Below, piece after piece: positions 60,670 through 64,000 of a DNA stretch of 64,000 bases. The notes beneath the pieces are model-generated. The model saw only the letters and a program-made list of their open reading frames with translations, did not search any database and was not told where the DNA came from. Each line of letters starts with the position of its first letter. Within the stretch, counting starts at the first letter, position 1. This DNA is from Callorhinchus milii (Eukaryota): positions 4,092,001 to 4,156,000 of the forward strand of contig NW_024704749.1 in the NCBI RefSeq assembly GCF_018977255.1, written 5' to 3'. Both the position numbers and the translations under genes were made by a program.

Positions 60670-62718
60670 GTAATTTGTTTATTATTTGAGATGTTAAGGT
60701 ACACTTAAAGATAATTGGGTAGGGAATTTGTGCTGACAAGAGGGTTTCCTTTAGGTGTGACCTGGAGAGATGATTTGATAGAGCCCATCCTTCAAATTTA
60801 CTGTGACTGATGATTGATTAACTGCAGGGTATGGACCATAGGAACGTGACTACAACATCAATCTGCAACCCGCTTTAAGACCTGCCTCTTTCATCATGCT
60901 TTTGGCCATCTTTCCCCCAGTTTGGGCTCCCAGTTAGTTGTGTGATGTGCTTTGCGACATCCTCCTGACGTGAAAGACATGTAAATATAAAATGGTTTTG
61001 TTTCGAAATGGTTGTATTTTGTACATAATTCTCTTAAATAAACTTTCTCTTCCCTTATGATCTGGAGTGAAGTACGGTACAAGACCCTAGGCAGATAATC
61101 GTATTTTGTGATCCAGAGACTGCTCATGTACTCTCTGCTACCAATCATAGCAGCAGATTTTGTGACATAGATCAGCGGCAGTATGTAGTCAAGAATAAAC
61201 ATTTATTCACAGAGCCAATTGCAACAAAGGTACATGTACAGTATGCATGATTAAGGTTAATTTCTGGATGATTGTCTCAAGAGCTCTGTTACCCAATGGT
61301 ATTTAACTTGCAATCCTTTTAAATGAAAGCTTTTGTATAACTTCTTTCCTCCAGAAAATGATGTAATGAGATTCACTTTGACCATAATACCAAGATAACC
61401 AATGAATCTTGGGGGTTTGCTTGAACCTTGGCTGAAATGCCAAACTAGGGGACAGTTTTTATAAATCTCTGCACGATTTGGCATGTTGCTTAGATCTTTG
61501 AAACATGCTTTCTCATGCTTCAAAGCTATTGGCTTCCTAATTAGTGTAGCGCTTAGGGGTAACACAAAGGGGAAATTAATTCTTCTCACTAAATCTAATT
61601 TTAGAAAACTTGTGAGACACAAAATGCAAATGTTAAATACAATAAGCCCCTGAATGGATTAGTTTGTATAAAATTACTAACCTGTTTGGCGTAAACCACC
61701 TTTCCTCAAGCACCAGGCCTTTGAAAATTTGAATTGTCTCGTTCCTCAATGTAAAACTCATGTCCTTTGAAATGAATGAACCTGTTTCCGTCTCCTATTG
61801 ATCCTTATGAGAGCTGGATTTATCTGCAGTGTACTTACCCACCCTCCAACCTTATAAAAGTGCAGAAAGATTTCATAGTTCATAGATTTCATAGGATTAT
61901 ACATACTTTAAAATCGTTAAACCTTGTCTTATGATATTAAATTGGAAAATATTTACTGTATAGACACTTGACAAATTTGTGGCTTAAAAATATTTAATAT
62001 CTTCCAGGTTATAAAAATCATAAAGTTACATTATGTGCATGAATTTCCATGATACTTTTTTCACCTTCAAAAATGTTAATTTTATTAAAAACTTGTAGCT
62101 CAAAAAATCAATTGAAAGTTTTTCTGGCATATGACTTAAGTTTCCCTGGTCGCCCTTGAGATTTAAATTTGGCTTAAATCCTGTATTCAGTTTGTATGAA
62201 CAGCATTTAAACATTTAAATCATGTGGCTTGATTGTGGCAGGGTGCAGTCTACCATTGTCTACTGCCATCTATCGATGTCTGCACTTAGTAACTGCTGGA
62301 TGGGAACAAAATCTCAAGTGGGGAAATCGAATAGAAGTTCAGTATCTGAAACTAAGTATATTTATTACATTGAATGGGGTGTTTCTAGGCAGTTCTGCAT
62401 TCATTTGGGTAATGGACTTGAGCTCGATTGTCACGATTTGTGAAGTTATCCGAATCTCTCTTTAGGCCATGTGTTTTTATATGTTTTTTTGAAGAGTCTT
62501 TTAAACCTCTTGGTTCTCAGTGGTGATTTTGTTCTCTTATGTTCTTGAAGTAATGTGAATATGGGTTTTGTAGCATTGCCCTCCACTTGTTGGCACAATA
62601 ATATGTCAGCCATTCAGGCAGTCTGTTCATTGAGGTTGAGGTTTGAATCTTAATTTTTTAAAATTGTTCAGGCTTGTAGAGTGAGTGAGGTTCAAACAAT
62701 ATCTATAAATCCTCGTGA

Positions 62719-63019
62719 GGAGTCCTGTAGCTCAGTGGTTAGAATACTCGCTTTGCAAGTGAGAGACCGAGGTTCGATTCCCAGCAGAGTGAAAACTTTC
62801 CTTACTCAACATGCCTGATAATAATCCTCAAGAAAATAAAACAATAATAAATCGGTCACTTCAAACCACGACTGTTTGTGGGACACTGCTGTGTGCAATT
62901 GGCTGCTGCATTTCGCCCAAAATATACAGTCAATTCACTTTAGTCTATTCTGTGAAGCGCTTTGAGACATCTAGAAGACGTGAAATGCGCTATATCAAAT
63001 GCAAGGATTATTATTATTA
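62719..63019 (+). mobile_element. tRNA-derived SINE (short form)
   Basis: A/B boxes and (TTA)n tail. Confidence 0.88.
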
Positions 63020-64000
63020 GTATCCAAGCAAGTTATAACATTATGGGTGAGCTACAGCCAAGCTCTATTCTCTGTTCTTGCCCAAGTCCATGTATGCTTT
63101 CCAAAAAGGTTATTAGATAACCATCAAGAATAGCTCTCCTGACTTGCTTTTTGTTTAGGGTGCAGCGGTCAGTTTTAATGATTTACTGCTTTGCTCCAGT
63201 GGGGGTTTAGCCTTTGAACTTCAGGCTCTGACTACTTCACGGTATAGAATGGATTAACAAACGTGCCATTTAGTGCAACTACTGTATAGATTTTAAAACA
63301 AATCTTGCGATGGTGCACTTTTAAAGGGGGCTGTGTGCCCATCAAGTTTGCTGATGGCTGGATGTTCAAAATTAGGCTTTCAGCTACTCTCTTGTGCTTT
63401 AATCCATTCTTGGTCCTCTGGCAAAAGGCCATTTTGTGTTTATGCGCTGTAACTAGTGTAATTAATTCTCTCATTTTTAATTAATACAATTGTAGTATGT
63501 ATTCCTTTTTCAAAATTGGGTTTGAACTACAAAATGTCTGAACTCCGGGTCATCAGGTTTCCATGGATGTCACTTCCCATACACAGCATACATGCGCAGC
63601 ATACTGGAAGTGACATTATGGCAACCTGAATGTCAGCCATTTTTGGTGGGGTTTTTTTAAAAAAAACTTAGCAGTTTTTACCAGACCCAATTACAGCAGA
63701 TCTGCTGAGATTTTTTACAACTTTATCCTCCACTTGAAAAACAAAACAAGGTTGTGCAGAAAACCTATTATAGCTATTTGGTAGAGTGTTGCTTCACTTA
63801 TAGGTATACTGTTGACTGTGCTAACCCAAAACACAGTATTCTGAAATGTCTGACCTGGGTCACTACATCGCTGCTGACATCATTTTCTACATGGATTAAA
63901 GGAAATTAGTGACCCTCGGGTGGGAGAATTTACTGATAAAATGTGCATTTTAGTTTTTTATGTTTATTTCACTTTGGTTTAGGTCTTCCTGTCTGTTTTG

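Overview
Vertebrate genomic DNA, not prokaryotic. The repeat content (tRNA-Ala-headed SINEs with (TTA)n tails, Deu-type SINEs, L2 LINEs with (TTG)n tails) suggests a cartilaginous fish, probably a chimaera/elephant-shark-like holocephalan (inference). The window holds the housekeeping cluster COX6A1(+), TRIAP1(+), GATC(+), SRSF9(-) and DYNLL1(+, first coding exon only). Each gene has a CpG-island promoter, and all coding exons were reconstructed by hand with GT-AG junctions and consistent phases. Positions 1-16.5 kb are non-coding and repeat-rich. There are two assembly gaps. No prokaryote-type system (CRISPR etc.) is present. Best leads: (1) two L2 copies sharing the same frameshifts, implying a dead master mobilised in trans; (2) a gapless 137-bp duplication between the convergent GATC and SRSF9 3' ends; (3) a candidate SRSF9 poison exon and a 5'UTR intron; (4) TRIAP1 in tandem with GATC rather than head-to-head; (5) a 33-bp module shared by the COX6A1 and DYNLL1 promoters; (6) a CTCF-like minisatellite at the GATC start; (7) a 37-bp templated inverted capture at a LINE 5' junction; (8) a probable spliced transcript divergent from DYNLL1.
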